Assembly: GCA_019418605.1 (NCBI GenBank)
Contig: DYBN01000054.1
Coordinates: forward strand, 81,350 to 145,349
Direction of reading: 5' to 3'
Origin: Sutterella sp.
Lineage (GTDB): Bacteria > Pseudomonadota > Gammaproteobacteria > Burkholderiales > Burkholderiaceae_F
Length of the DNA: 64,000 nucleotides
Of this stretch, positions 9,663-20,301 are shown piece after piece; within the stretch, counting starts at the first letter, position 1, and each line of letters starts with the position of its first letter. The notes beneath the pieces are model-generated. The model saw nothing but the letters and a program-made list of their open reading frames with translations. It did no database searches and had not been told where the DNA came from. Both the position numbers and the translations under genes were made by a program.

Positions 9663-12600
9663 ATGGCTATCTCGACGACCCGCCCCCAAAATCAGACCAA
9701 TCCCCGTCCCGCGGCCGGCACCGCCGCCGAGGGCGCGGCGCATGCGGCCGACTCCGGCGCTTCCGGCCGCATCCGCGAGATTCCCTACAACTACACCTCC
9801 TATTCGGACCGCGAGATCGTCTGCCGCCTTTTGGGAGAGAGCGCCTGGAAGCTTTTGTGCGAACTCAGAGACGAGCGCCGCACGGGCCGAAGCTCGCGCA
9901 TGCTCTACGAGGTTTTGGGCGACATCTGGGTCGTCTACCGCAACCCGTACCTGCAGGAAGACCTTCTTGAAAACGTCGAGCGACGCAAACTTCTTTTGGA
10001 CGCCCTTGAGCACCGCCTGAAGGAAATCGACAAGCGGCGAGACCCGGCGCACCCCGAGCGCGACGCCAAGGTCGTGCAGTTAATCAGCATGGCCTACAAG
10101 GCGGTGCGCAAGTTTGAGACGAGCTTTGCGCGCATCAAGGCGCTGCGCGCCAAAATTTTCAAGGCGCTCAAGCACGCCACGCGCGAAGACAACATCCGCT
10201 TTGATCCCTTTACAAGGGCCGCGCACGTCACCGACGCCACCGACCTTCGCATCGAGTACCCCTTCGTGGTGATCACGCCGCAAAGCGAGGGAGAAATCCC
10301 CGCTCTCGTGCGCGCCTGCGTGAGCCTGGGGCTTGTCATCATCCCGCGCGGCGGCGGAACGGGCTACACCGGCGGCGCGGTCCCGATGAGCGAGATGAGC
10401 GCGGTCATCAACACCGAAAAGCTCGATCAGATCAGCCGCCCGTTTCTTGCGCAGCTGCCGGGGCTCGAGGAGAAGCCCCCTGTCATCCACACGGGCGCGG
10501 GCGCCGTCACGCGCCGCGTCACCGAAGCCGCCGCAGCCGACGGGCTTGTGTTTTCCGTTGACCCGGCAAGCGCCGACAGCTCCACGATCGGCGGCAACAT
10601 CGCCGAAAACTCGGGCGGCAAAAAAGCCGTGCTCTGGGGCACGGCCGTCGACAACCTGGCAAGCTACCGCATGGTCACGGCCGACGGCAACTGGATGGAA
10701 GTCGAGCGGCTCAACCACAACCTCGGAAAGATTCACAAGCAAGAGACCGTCTCTTGGAAAATCACCGTCAAGGACGGCAAGAACCCCGACCCGGCAAGCG
10801 CCCGCGTGATCGAAGAGCGCCGCCTTGAGATGCCCGGGCACATCTTTCGCAAGAAGGGGCTTGGCAAAGACGTCACGAACAAGTACCTCGGGGGACTGCC
10901 TGCCGTGCAAAAGGAAGGCACCGACGGTCTGGTGACGTCGGCCACCTGGATTTTGCACAAGATGCCCCGCCACACGCGCACGGTGTGCCTGGAGTTTTTC
11001 GGCGCAGCCAAGCTTGCGGGCCCGGCGATCGTGCAGATCACGCGCTTTCTTGATACGCACCCCAGAGGGTGCCTCCTTGCGGGCCTTGAGCACCTCGACG
11101 ACCGCTATCTGCGGGCGGTCAACTACCCGGTCAAGAGCGCGCGCAGCGACTATCCCAAGATGGTGCTCGTCGGCGACATCGTCTCCGACGACGAGGCGGC
11201 GCTTGAGGCCATCACCGAAGAGGTGGTCAACATGTGCCGCACGTCGGCCGACTGCGAGGGCTTCATCGCCCGCACCGACGAAGAGCGATTCCGCTTCTGG
11301 CACGAAAGAAGCCGCACGGCGGCCATCAGCGCGCACACCAACGCCTTCAAGCTCAACGAGGACGTGGTGATTCCGCTTGACCGAATCGGCGACTACACCC
11401 TGGCCTGCGAGCGCTTCAACATCTGCTGCTCGATTGAAAACAAAATCGACATGATCGACGCGGCTCTGCAGTATCTGGGAGGCTACATTTCTCTTGGCAA
11501 GCCCACGATGACCGCAGGCGTTGCCAAGGAGACGCTGCTTGCCGACTCCGTTCCCGCCGCGCGGGACGTGCTCAACAAGGTGCGCGAGCGCTGGGCGTAC
11601 GTGCTCGGGCACTTGGACGACCCCGCAGACAAATCGCTTGCCGCTCTAAAAAAGGCGGGGCTTGAGGTTGACGACGATCTCGCTCGCCGCTACGCCGGCG
11701 CCACGCTTTTTGAACCGGTCTATGACCGCGTGCTTCGCATTTCCTGGAAGCGGGAGGTGAGGCGCGAACTCTTTCGCATCTTCTCGGGCGACGTCTTTGA
11801 AAAGGTGCGAGCCGAAATCGACGCCATCCACGACCGCGTGCTCAGAGGGCGCGTTTTCATCGCCCTGCACATGCACGCGGGCGACGGCAACGTGCACACC
11901 AACATTCCTTTGAATTCGGACAACTACGCCATGATGCAAAAGGGCGTGCAGGCCGTGCAGATGGTGATGAAGACCGCAAAGGAGTTGGGAGGCGCCATCA
12001 GCGGCGAGCACGGCATCGGGCTTACAAAAATCGAATTTCTCGACAAGGCCCAGCTCAAGGACTACGCCGCCTACGTGAGAAAAGCCGATCCGGCGCGCGT
12101 TTTTAACCGCGGCAAGCTCGAGGCCGACATCAATCTGCGGCGCATCTACACGCCGAGCTTTAACCTGCTCGGGTCCGAGTCGCTCATCATGCAGCAGACG
12201 CAGCTCAAGGCCATCAGCGACGCGATCAAAAACTGCCTGCGCTGCGGCAAGTGCAAGTCCAAGTGCACGACGCACGTGCCGCGCGCGAGCCTTTTGTATT
12301 CGCCCCGCAACAAGATCATCGCCACAAGCTTGCTCATTGAATCGATTCTCTACGAGAGCCAGACGCGCCGCGGCCTCTCCAAGCTGCACCTGCAGGCAAT
12401 GGAGGATCTCGGAGAGCACTGCACGCTGTGCATGAAGTGCCTCAATCCCTGCCCGGTGAAGATCAACTTCGGCGAAGTCACGATTCTCATCCGCAACTTC
12501 CTGCACCGCATGAACGCCCACGACGATCCTCTGGCCAAGAAGGCGGGCATGAAGTTTCTGGAGATCACCAACAACCGGGGCGTGGAGCTCGCGCGCAAGG

Positions 12601-13643
12601 GGCTCGTCAACTGGGGCTTTAAGGCGCAGCGGCTTGCCTGCGACATTCTCTCGCCCGTGGCAAAGCCGACGCTGCAGCACCCCAAGAACACGACAGGGCG
12701 CCCGGGCGTTGTCGAGCAGACGATCACGATGGTCAACCGCCGCCTTCCCTCGCCCAGGCTTCCCAAGACCATGAGGGCGGTGCTGGGGTTAAACGACCCG
12801 ACCACCGCTCCCATCATCCGCAAGCCCTCGGCCGTCGACGGCGAAGCCGTGTTCTATTTCCCCGGCTGCGGCAACGAGAGGCTCTTTCCCGAAGTGGGGC
12901 TTGCGGCTCTGGCCATGCTCTACGACATCGGCGTGCAGACCGTGCTGCCTCCAAAGTTTTTGTGCTGCGGCTACCCGCAGCGCGGCGCGGGCGATCAGGC
13001 GCTTGCCGACAAAATCGTCACCAACAACCGCGTTCTCTTTCATCGCGTGGCCAACACGCTCAACTACCTTGACATCAAGACCGTGCTCGTCTCCTGCGGC
13101 ACCTGCATGAAGCAGCTCAAGGACTATCACTTCGAGGAAATCTTCCCCGGATGCCGCCTGATGGACATTCACGACTATCTGCACGAAAAGGGCGTCAAGG
13201 TCACGGGCGGCGACAACGTGCGCTACCTCTTTCACGACCCCTGCCACACGCCCTTTGCGGCACCCGCGCCGGTAAAAACCGTCAACGAGCTCATCACCCC
13301 GTTTGACGGCTCGAAGGTGGTGCTCACCGAGCGCTGCTGCGGGGAGTCCGGCACCTTTGCCGTTGCGCGCCCCGACATCGCCACGCAGGTGCGCATGCGC
13401 AAGGAGGAGGATATCGGCAAAAACAAGGTCAAGGTCAGCGAAGGGGGCTTCTACGGCCAGGTGAAGATTCTCACGGCCTGCCCGGGATGCCTGCAGGGCC
13501 TGAGCCGCTACAACGAAACGTCCGGCACAAAAGCGGAGTTTCTCGTGGTCGAAATGGCGCACTTGCGCCTGGGAGACAACTGGCTGTCGAACTTTGTGAC
13601 GCAGGCCGTCGACGAGGGCGGCATGGAAAAGGTTCTTGTTTAA
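9663..13643 (+). CDS. Fused FAD-linked oxidase (GlcD-like) / Fe-S CCG-domain oxidoreductase (GlcF/HdrD-like) with a long N-terminal extension
   Basis: This 1326-aa protein has a FAD-binding PCMH region '[16 protein letters not shown]', a ferredoxin-type '[11 protein letters not shown]' and '[12 protein letters not shown]', and C-terminal CCG repeats 'FLCCGYP' and 'RCCGESG'. Confidence 0.85.
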   Translation: MAISTTRPQNQTNPRPAAGTAAEGAAHAADSGASGRIREIPYNYTSYSDREIVCRLLGESAWKLLCELRDERRTGRSSRMLYEVLGDIWVVYRNPYLQEDLLENVERRKLLLDALEHRLKEIDKRRDPAHPERDAKVVQLISMAYKAVRKFETSFARIKALRAKIFKALKHATREDNIRFDPFTRAAHVTDATDLRIEYPFVVITPQSEGEIPALVRACVSLGLVIIPRGGGTGYTGGAVPMSEMSAVINTEKLDQISRPFLAQLPGLEEKPPVIHTGAGAVTRRVTEAAAADGLVFSVDPASADSSTIGGNIAENSGGKKAVLWGTAVDNLASYRMVTADGNWMEVERLNHNLGKIHKQETVSWKITVKDGKNPDPASARVIEERRLEMPGHIFRKKGLGKDVTNKYLGGLPAVQKEGTDGLVTSATWILHKMPRHTRTVCLEFFGAAKLAGPAIVQITRFLDTHPRGCLLAGLEHLDDRYLRAVNYPVKSARSDYPKMVLVGDIVSDDEAALEAITEEVVNMCRTSADCEGFIARTDEERFRFWHERSRTAAISAHTNAFKLNEDVVIPLDRIGDYTLACERFNICCSIENKIDMIDAALQYLGGYISLGKPTMTAGVAKETLLADSVPAARDVLNKVRERWAYVLGHLDDPADKSLAALKKAGLEVDDDLARRYAGATLFEPVYDRVLRISWKREVRRELFRIFSGDVFEKVRAEIDAIHDRVLRGRVFIALHMHAGDGNVHTNIPLNSDNYAMMQKGVQAVQMVMKTAKELGGAISGEHGIGLTKIEFLDKAQLKDYAAYVRKADPARVFNRGKLEADINLRRIYTPSFNLLGSESLIMQQTQLKAISDAIKNCLRCGKCKSKCTTHVPRASLLYSPRNKIIATSLLIESILYESQTRRGLSKLHLQAMEDLGEHCTLCMKCLNPCPVKINFGEVTILIRNFLHRMNAHDDPLAKKAGMKFLEITNNRGVELARKGLVNWGFKAQRLACDILSPVAKPTLQHPKNTTGRPGVVEQTITMVNRRLPSPRLPKTMRAVLGLNDPTTAPIIRKPSAVDGEAVFYFPGCGNERLFPEVGLAALAMLYDIGVQTVLPPKFLCCGYPQRGAGDQALADKIVTNNRVLFHRVANTLNYLDIKTVLVSCGTCMKQLKDYHFEEIFPGCRLMDIHDYLHEKGVKVTGGDNVRYLFHDPCHTPFAAPAPVKTVNELITPFDGSKVVLTERCCGESGTFAVARPDIATQVRMRKEEDIGKNKVKVSEGGFYGQVKILTACPGCLQGLSRYNETSGTKAEFLVVEMAHLRLGDNWLSNFVTQAVDEGGMEKVLV

Positions 13644-13670
13644 AATACTGGTAAATAGAGGATTTTCACC

Positions 13671-14132
13671 ATGTCCTGCGAACTGTGCACCGAACACCAT
13701 GCGCGCGAAATCTGGCGCTGCAAAGAGGCCTACGTCATCGATGCTTCGGAAGCAGAGCTGCCCTGCTTCATCCGCATCGTCTCAACGCGCCACGCAGCGG
13801 AAATGACGGATCTGCCAGAGCACGAGCAGTCGCTCATTCTCTCGCTCGTGCTTGCCGCAGAGAGCGCCATGCGGCGCACGGCGGCCCCCGACAAGGTCAA
13901 CCTGGCAAGCCTTGGCAACATGGTTGCGCACGTGCACTGGCACGTCATCGGCCGCTGGAGAGACGATGCGTTTTTCCCGAACTCCATCTGGTCTTCAAGG
14001 CTTCGCACGACGCCGCCCGAGGTACTCGCGCAGCGCCGCGAAAAGAACGCAGAACTGCTGCGCGTGCTGCCCGAAGTGTTGACGAGCGCACGCAAGGCGC
14101 ACGAAGACAAACAGCGCTCGCAACAGAGTTAA
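13671..14132 (+). CDS. HIT-family (histidine triad) protein
   Basis: It carries the histidine-triad motif 'HVHWHVIGR'. Confidence 0.8.
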   Translation: MSCELCTEHHAREIWRCKEAYVIDASEAELPCFIRIVSTRHAAEMTDLPEHEQSLILSLVLAAESAMRRTAAPDKVNLASLGNMVAHVHWHVIGRWRDDAFFPNSIWSSRLRTTPPEVLAQRREKNAELLRVLPEVLTSARKAHEDKQRSQQS

Positions 14133-14478
14133 AGCGCTCCGTGCACGGGCCGCTTTCGCAAAAAGCACTTCTTTCTTTTATACCCCTGACTGAGAAAGCC
14201 ATACCGCGCTTTGGGCCTTGCCGCGCAAGGCTTTTCTTCAAGTCAGGGTGCGAAATGCACGCTTGACGGAAAGCCGTGCCGAGCAGGCTGATTCCCTTTG
14301 CAGAATACGGAACAAAATCCACATTCTGTTCGTATTTTTGAAAAATGTGGAATTTATTCCTCATCTCTCGGCATGTAGCTTTCTCCCCCGAAGAGGGATC
14401 GTCAACATAAATTTTGAGGACTTCGATACGGGGCCGCTGCGAGAGTCCAAAGTTTTGCGCGAGTAACTGCTTCGTTTC

Positions 14479-15162
14479 TCAGTAGCCGAAATAGCTGCAG
14501 TTTTTAAGCTGCGTGCCGGACTGCGACTTCCAGATGCCAAAGAGCTTTGTGCGCTCCTCTTTGCCGAGGCCGCGAAAGATCAAGTCGACCTCGTCGGAAG
14601 GCTCGCCCAGGCGGTTTGTAACGCGCAGGCCCTGCACCTCGGGCGCCTTGCCCGAGACAAGGTATTCCTGAGCCTCCGTGCGGCTTTTAAACGCCTTGAT
14701 TTCCACACCGTAGGCAAGGTCTCCGCGCACGATCGGGCGCACCTCCTTGAAGCCCTGCTGCTTGAACTGCTTGACGAAGGCCCGCACGGCCACCTCGTTG
14801 GCGTAAGGCCCAAGATAGACGATGTAGCGCTCGGGCAAAAACCGATCGGCAATCTCCATTTTCTGCATGAGCTGCGCCTTTTGCAAAACGGGCTCGACGC
14901 GGCGCAAGGCGCGCGTCGTAAAAGGTCCCCAGACAAAGCAGGCGGCGTCCACGGGCCCTGAGGCGCCGTCGACCTCGGGGAGCGCATCCTCGGGGCCGCC
15001 CGCCAAGTCGGCCCGCAGCTTTTGCTCGTCGATCATGTGAAGCCGCAGCGGCACGCCCGTATTTGTCTGCACGTCCTCAACGGGTTTTTGCGCATCGACA
15101 TAGATCACCGCGACGCCTGCGGCGATGCATGCCAAAAGAAGCAGATTGATGAGAATGCGCAT
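14479..15162 (-). CDS. Membrane-anchored protein, probably SPOR-domain
   Basis: It has an N-terminal TM segment 'ILINLLLLACIAAGVAVIYV'. The C-terminal half, 'YIVYLGPYANEVAVRAFVKQFKQQGF...GVEIKAFKSRTEAQEYL', resembles a SPOR repeat. It sits downstream of birA-coaX, as in other Burkholderiales. Confidence 0.5.
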   Translation of the reverse strand: MRILINLLLLACIAAGVAVIYVDAQKPVEDVQTNTGVPLRLHMIDEQKLRADLAGGPEDALPEVDGASGPVDAACFVWGPFTTRALRRVEPVLQKAQLMQKMEIADRFLPERYIVYLGPYANEVAVRAFVKQFKQQGFKEVRPIVRGDLAYGVEIKAFKSRTEAQEYLVSGKAPEVQGLRVTNRLGEPSDEVDLIFRGLGKEERTKLFGIWKSQSGTQLKNCSYFGY

Positions 15163-15198
15163 ATCGTGAGCTGATGCTTCAAATAGAGAACACCGACG

Positions 15199-15963
15199 TC
15201 AACAGTGTTGGGCGAACATCCCCAGCCCCCGCAGCACGAGATTGTGCTTGAGCACGGCGCCGGGAAACTCCTCTTGAATAAAGGGCGCAAGCAGCGGGGC
15301 AGCCCCGCCCGCAAAAATAAGCCTTCCTTCAAACCCGGCGCGCCGCACGGACTTGAGCGCACGGTCTATGACGCCCAGATGCGCTTCAAGTATGCCGTTT
15401 GAGATCGCATCGGTCGTGTTGCTTGGAAACTGCACGTGCCGCCCGATCCCGCCGGGGCGGCAGCGCGTCTTGTCAACGAGCGCCTGATACATCATGGCGG
15501 GCCCCGGAAGAATGCGCCCGCCCATGAATTTCAAGGTGTGCGCGTTTTCCTGCGGCAGCACCGTATCGACGGTCGTGGCCGTGCCGACGTGCACGACGAC
15601 AAGCGCCTGCTGCGGATAAAGAGACGCCGCGCCAATGGCCGCATACCAGCGGTCGCTTCCCAACTGCTGGTAGTCGTCGTAGCCGTTGCGCAGAACAAAG
15701 GGGCCTTCAAACACGGGCTGGGAGTGCATCCACTCCCAGGCGATGCGGTGCTGATTGAAAAACTTGGTGAGGGCAAGAGCAAGATTTTCGCTTGAGACCA
15801 TGCAGCCGATCACGCGCTCGGGCTTGAGCGAGAGCCACTCCTTAAAAATCTCCTCGGGAAGCGCATCCGCACCGCAGTGCACAAACGTACGGGGGTCTTC
15901 GGCCTCTCCCAGGGGAGCCCACTTGAGCGCCGTATTCCCCAGGTCAAGCAATAGGACTGTCAC
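15199..15963 (-). CDS. coaX: Type III pantothenate kinase
   Basis: The N-terminal 'LLLDLGNTALKWA' is the ASKHA phosphate-1 motif characteristic of CoaX, and the gene is adjacent to birA. Confidence 0.9.
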   Translation of the reverse strand: MTVLLLDLGNTALKWAPLGEAEDPRTFVHCGADALPEEIFKEWLSLKPERVIGCMVSSENLALALTKFFNQHRIAWEWMHSQPVFEGPFVLRNGYDDYQQLGSDRWYAAIGAASLYPQQALVVVHVGTATTVDTVLPQENAHTLKFMGGRILPGPAMMYQALVDKTRCRPGGIGRHVQFPSNTTDAISNGILEAHLGVIDRALKSVRRAGFEGRLIFAGGAAPLLAPFIQEEFPGAVLKHNLVLRGLGMFAQHC

Positions 15964-16128
15964 TTGCGTTTCGCCTTCTTTTGTTGTGTGAAGCCAAAGT
16001 CATGCACAAAAAGCCGACAAAAAGATGCGCCTTGGCGTCTTTTCATGCCTATTTATGTGCCGTTGTGCGCTTTTGCTGTCTTTTTCGCGCTTTTTTAATC
16101 TTTTTTAATCTTTTTCGCCTGGCTCGCG

Positions 16129-17019
16129 TCAAACCGCGCGCACACTACCCGTCTGAACGAGAATGCGCCCCTTGCTCGTTTCAAGCACGAGCTCTCCGGC
16201 AGGCGTGATGCCGCAGACGACGCCCTCGGCGACAACGCCTGCGCCTTGCGCCGCATCCGGGTCGGATTCAGGGTCAAAGACGCGCACGCGTCTGCCTGCC
16301 ATGGCGTCGTACATCGGCCAGAGGGAAACAACGCGGCGCATCGTCTCCACCCCGAAGCCCGTCAGCGTTTTGCAAATAGCCCTGGCCAAAAGTGCGGCAA
16401 GCGACACGCGCAAGGGGTCAAGCGTTTGCGCGCTTTGCCCCGCCTCAAGCGAGAGCAGCGCCGCGCGCGGGCTGGCGCCGGCCGCAGGAGAGACGCCAAC
16501 TGCAGCATCCGAACGGGCCTCTTTCAAGCCGAAGGCAATATTAACGCCGATACCTGCGGCAACATGGACGCGTCCGGTTTTATCCCGACAGGCTTCACAC
16601 AGGATGCCGGCGAGTTTTCCCTCATGCAGCCACAAGTCGTTGGGCCACTTCACGCGCACGGCGGGCTCAAGGCTGCGCAGCGCCTGCGCGGCCGCCACTC
16701 CCACGGCCAGCGGCAGCCCCCGGGCCTGCGCAACGGGCACGGACAAGGGAGCGGCAACCGTCATCAAAAGGCTTGCGCCTGCGTCGTCCCACTTTCTGCC
16801 GTGCGTGCCGCGCCCTGCGCTCTGGCTGTCGGCAACATAGACGGCCGACACGGGCCCCGCGGCAGCGCTCGCGCAGCCTCGCGCGAGGTCCTGCGTGCTT
16901 GCCGTCATGCGCATCCACGCAATCGAATCAAAGCCGTCGGCTGAAAGAAGTTCTTGCAGTTTTGCCGTCAAATCAGCGCGAAGGGCCTGCACACGGCCGT
17001 TAGAATGCTCAACCGACAT
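16129..17019 (-). CDS. birA: Biotin-[acetyl-CoA-carboxylase] ligase (no N-terminal HTH visible)
   Basis: It has the biotin-binding loop 'GRGTHGRKW' and 'KWPNDL'. The short N-terminus gives no obvious wHTH. Confidence 0.9.
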   Translation of the reverse strand: MSVEHSNGRVQALRADLTAKLQELLSADGFDSIAWMRMTASTQDLARGCASAAAGPVSAVYVADSQSAGRGTHGRKWDDAGASLLMTVAAPLSVPVAQARGLPLAVGVAAAQALRSLEPAVRVKWPNDLWLHEGKLAGILCEACRDKTGRVHVAAGIGVNIAFGLKEARSDAAVGVSPAAGASPRAALLSLEAGQSAQTLDPLRVSLAALLARAICKTLTGFGVETMRRVVSLWPMYDAMAGRRVRVFDPESDPDAAQGAGVVAEGVVCGITPAGELVLETSKGRILVQTGSVRAV

Positions 17020-17054
17020 AACGCAAACAGTTCAGTTGAAAGGAATTTCAAGCG

Positions 17055-17684
17055 ATGCCGCAGACGCACACGATCAAAATCGACGGCCCGGCCGGACTTT
17101 TGGAAACAAGCCTCGACATTCCTGATGCGTGCACGCGCGGAATCGCTTTTTTAGCACACCCCATCACGATTCGAGGCGGCAACAAGGACCACAAGGTGAT
17201 CCGCACGCTGGCAAAGGCACTGGCAAGCGCAGGCTACATCGTGGTGCGGCCCAATTTGCGCGGCGCAGGCGCAAGCGACGGGCGCTACGAAGCGGGCCCG
17301 GGCGAGGCGCAGGACTTTCTGCGCGTCATTGAGCGCACCTTTGAAATCAGGGGCATAGCCGAACTTCTTCCCGCCGACGGGCGCGTCGTGTTCGGGGGCT
17401 TTTCCTTTGGCACCTACGTGATGTCGCTTGCCGCGGCCGTGCGGCAGCCCGCCGCGATGATCTACGCGGGCCCCGCCGTGCACAAGTACGACATCGTGCC
17501 GCCCACCTCTGAAATTTTCGTCGTGCACGGAGAAAACGACGAAATCGCGCCTCTTGCCGACGTCCTTCAATGGGCGCGGATGGTCGACACGCCCGTTGCC
17601 GTGATCCCGGGGGCCAACCACGCATTTTCTGGAAAACTGCCGCTACTGGAGCGCGTCTTCTCTCAGTTCATTGCACTCATCTAG
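17055..17684 (+). CDS. Alpha/beta-hydrolase family protein
   Basis: It is about 200 aa with a nucleophile-elbow-like 'GFSFG' and a late 'HAF' histidine. Confidence 0.65.
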   Translation: MPQTHTIKIDGPAGLLETSLDIPDACTRGIAFLAHPITIRGGNKDHKVIRTLAKALASAGYIVVRPNLRGAGASDGRYEAGPGEAQDFLRVIERTFEIRGIAELLPADGRVVFGGFSFGTYVMSLAAAVRQPAAMIYAGPAVHKYDIVPPTSEIFVVHGENDEIAPLADVLQWARMVDTPVAVIPGANHAFSGKLPLLERVFSQFIALI

Positions 17685-17771
17685 CCGCCCGCAGCGCATT
17701 GCCGTCCGATTCTTGTAAAAGCGCCTTTCATGCAGGACGGCCGCGCCGGGGGCCTTTGTACAATTAGCGCC

Positions 17772-19196
17772 ATGCGTCTTCACCATCTGATCGTTGTCTT
17801 TGGCTTTGCCCTGAGCATCGCCGCGGGCTTGTTTGCGGCTCCGGGCTTTGCAGCGGCTCCCAAGCCCCCCGCCCTGCACTCGGGGGCCGAGGCCTGGATC
17901 GTAGTCGACGGCGCAAGCGGCTCGGTCATGGGAAGCTCGCACGCAGACCAGGTCGTCAACCCCGGCGACCTGGTGCAGCTCATGACGCTTTTTACGGCTT
18001 TGGAGAGAATCTCAGAGGCGCCCGAGCGGCTCGACGAGCCCGTCACGATCAGCGCCAAGGACAGCCTGCGCCCCTTGAGCGCGCGGCGCCTGTATCTCGT
18101 CGCGGGCGAAAAAACGCCCTTGAAGACGCTCTTAAACGGCGTTGCCGTCGTGGCCGCCGAAGATGCGGCGCTGGCCGTCGCCACCCACCTTGAAGGCAGC
18201 ATTGAAGCCTTTGTCAACGCCATGAACGCCACGGCGCAGACCATCGGCATGACGCAGTCGCACTTTGTCTCGCCCATTGCCGCCATCGGTCAGAAAACCA
18301 CGGCAAACGATCTGGCCAAGCTTGCGGTGCAGTTCTGGCGCCGCCACCCCAAGGCCTTCGAGTGGTTTTCCCAGCGCGAGTTCTCCTTTACCAACCACAC
18401 CCAGCGCAACCGCAACCTGATGCTCTGGAAGGATGCCGGGGTCAACGGCATGATGGAAAGCGGCAACAACACCAATCTCGTAAGCAGCTGGCACCGCGAT
18501 CCGCTCAACGCCGAGGGCTCCATGCCGCGCGACATCTTTGCCGTGCTGCTTGGCGGCTCAAACGCCGACCTTGCCTCCAACGACATGCTGGCGCTGCTGC
18601 GCTACGGACGGCTCGAATTCGAAACCATCCGGCTTTTTGAAGCCAACACGACCATCAAGAAGATCGACATTCTGACCGGCAACCGCGATCAGCTCGCGGT
18701 GGGCAGCATGGAGCCCATCTGGGTCACGGTGCGCCGCCAGGACATCGTCTCGCGCGGCACGGGAGGCTTTTCAACCAGTTTCGAGTACATGGCCCCGGCC
18801 ATTGCACCTGTGGCCGCAGGCGACCCGGTGGGAACGCTGCATGTGTACTTTCGCAACAAGCCCGTGGCCGACTTCACGCTTGTGGCCATGCACGACGTGG
18901 GACCGGGAAGTTTTTTAAGCCGCTTCGTCGACTCGGTGCGCCTGCGCATGAAGCCAGCCAGTCAACCGCTCGAGCAAACCGCAGGCAAAACCGATGAAAA
19001 AGCGCCCGCGCAGCACGCGGATCTCCCGCAGCAAGCTCCCGCAATTAACGAAGAAGCCGAAAAAGAAAAGGACGAGCAGAGAGCTTCTCAATCGGCGGGC
19101 GCGGCGCCGCAGTCAACAGATCCGGCGGCAGACAAGGATGCATCCGCACAAACGAACGACGGCGACAACGCCGCTTTAAAAGACAAGCAAAACTAA
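17772..19196 (+). CDS. PBP5/6-type D-alanyl-D-alanine carboxypeptidase homologue with degenerate active-site motifs
   Basis: It is collinear with E. coli DacA over the catalytic and C-terminal beta domains and has the signal peptide 'MRLHHLIVVFGFALSIAAGLFAAPGFAAA'. The SxxK, SxN and KTG positions read DLVQ, AAE and ESG. It ends in an ~80-aa low-complexity tail. The dac-ybeD-lipB synteny matches E. coli. Confidence 0.8.
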   Translation: MRLHHLIVVFGFALSIAAGLFAAPGFAAAPKPPALHSGAEAWIVVDGASGSVMGSSHADQVVNPGDLVQLMTLFTALERISEAPERLDEPVTISAKDSLRPLSARRLYLVAGEKTPLKTLLNGVAVVAAEDAALAVATHLEGSIEAFVNAMNATAQTIGMTQSHFVSPIAAIGQKTTANDLAKLAVQFWRRHPKAFEWFSQREFSFTNHTQRNRNLMLWKDAGVNGMMESGNNTNLVSSWHRDPLNAEGSMPRDIFAVLLGGSNADLASNDMLALLRYGRLEFETIRLFEANTTIKKIDILTGNRDQLAVGSMEPIWVTVRRQDIVSRGTGGFSTSFEYMAPAIAPVAAGDPVGTLHVYFRNKPVADFTLVAMHDVGPGSFLSRFVDSVRLRMKPASQPLEQTAGKTDEKAPAQHADLPQQAPAINEEAEKEKDEQRASQSAGAAPQSTDPAADKDASAQTNDGDNAALKDKQN

Positions 19197-19205
19197 TCAA
19201 ACGCC

Positions 19206-19553
19206 ATGGCAGACAACAAAGACGATCACGCCAAGACCGAAGCTTTGAGCGGCGCGGCGCAGGCGCGCAAAAATGAAGAAGCCCGCATTGAGGAGCAAGA
19301 CAGCCTTCTTCAATTTCCCTGCGACTTTCCGATCAAGGTAATGGGGCTTACGCACCCTGACTTTGCCAAAACCATCAGCGCGGCCGTGCGGGAGCTCGCG
19401 CCGGACTTTGACGAGAGCCGCATCAGCGAGTCCCGCTCGCGCACCGGCAAGTACACGGCGCTCACGGTCAATGTCCACGCCGTGAGCCGCGCGCAGCTCG
19501 ACAGCATCTACATGATGCTCACGAGCCACCCGATGGTTAAAGTCGTGCTCTAA
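19206..19553 (+). CDS. ybeD: YbeD/UPF0250 (DUF493) family protein
   Basis: It has the 'LLQFPCDFPIKVMG' signature and a conserved position upstream of lipB. Confidence 0.85.
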   Translation: MADNKDDHAKTEALSGAAQARKNEEARIEEQDSLLQFPCDFPIKVMGLTHPDFAKTISAAVRELAPDFDESRISESRSRTGKYTALTVNVHAVSRAQLDSIYMMLTSHPMVKVVL

Positions 19554-19650
19554 GACGAGAAAAGCTCTTTATTAACCTGATTTTTAAAGGTTTTTAAACA
19601 CTCGTTTTTTGCGTTATCTTCCTGATTTTTTAGGGTCTTTCAGATCTTTC

Positions 19651-20301
19651 ATGGCAAGCCGCATCACCATCCGCCGCCTCGGCCGCCAGCCCTACGGCGC
19701 GGTTTATGAGGCCATGCAGCGGTTTACGCAAAGCCGCGGCCCGGAAACGCCCGACGAAATCTGGCTTGTCGAGCACGATCCGGTCTTTACGATCGGAAAG
19801 GCGCACGCCGCGCATGCAGGCGCCTCGATTCACGGCATTGCTGTCGTTGTGGTCGACCGCGGAGGCGACGTCACGTACCACGGTCCGGGACAAGTGGTGG
19901 CCTATCCTCTTGTCGACCTCAGACGGCGCGGCCTTCTTGTGCGCGACTTTGTCGATATTCTTGAAGCCTCGGTCATCAACACGCTTGCCGGCTGCGGCAT
20001 CGGGGCTTTAACACACAAGGACGCACCCGGCGTCTACGTCAAAGCCTCGGGCGGCACGGGCGCTTTTGCGGGCAAAGCAAAGATCGCCTCTTTGGGCGTG
20101 CACGTCTCGCGCGGGTGCACCTATCACGGCCTTGCGCTAAACGTCGACATGGACTTAAAGCCCTTTTCCTACATTGCACCCTGCGGGTACCAAGGGCTGC
20201 GCGTCACCGACATGCGCACCCAGGGCGCAGACTGCACGCTTGAAGCCGCCTGCGACATGGTGCAGGCTCACCTGCTCGAACAACTTGAACGCCATGAATA
20301 A
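19651..20301 (+). CDS. lipB: Octanoyltransferase
   Basis: It has 'GGDVTYHGPGQVVAYP' and 'CGY' motifs. The start is taken at the ATG at 19651 (MASRITIRRLG) rather than the TTG at 19609. Confidence 0.92.
   Translation: MASRITIRRLGRQPYGAVYEAMQRFTQSRGPETPDEIWLVEHDPVFTIGKAHAAHAGASIHGIAVVVVDRGGDVTYHGPGQVVAYPLVDLRRRGLLVRDFVDILEASVINTLAGCGIGALTHKDAPGVYVKASGGTGAFAGKAKIASLGVHVSRGCTYHGLALNVDMDLKPFSYIAPCGYQGLRVTDMRTQGADCTLEAACDMVQAHLLEQLERHE

Noticed and set aside
16081-16125. A T-rich tandem (TTTTTTAATC x2) between birA and coaX.
   Set aside because: It is a short low-complexity spacer, probably a promoter or UP-like element for coaX, and nothing distinguishes it from ordinary AT-rich intergenic sequence.
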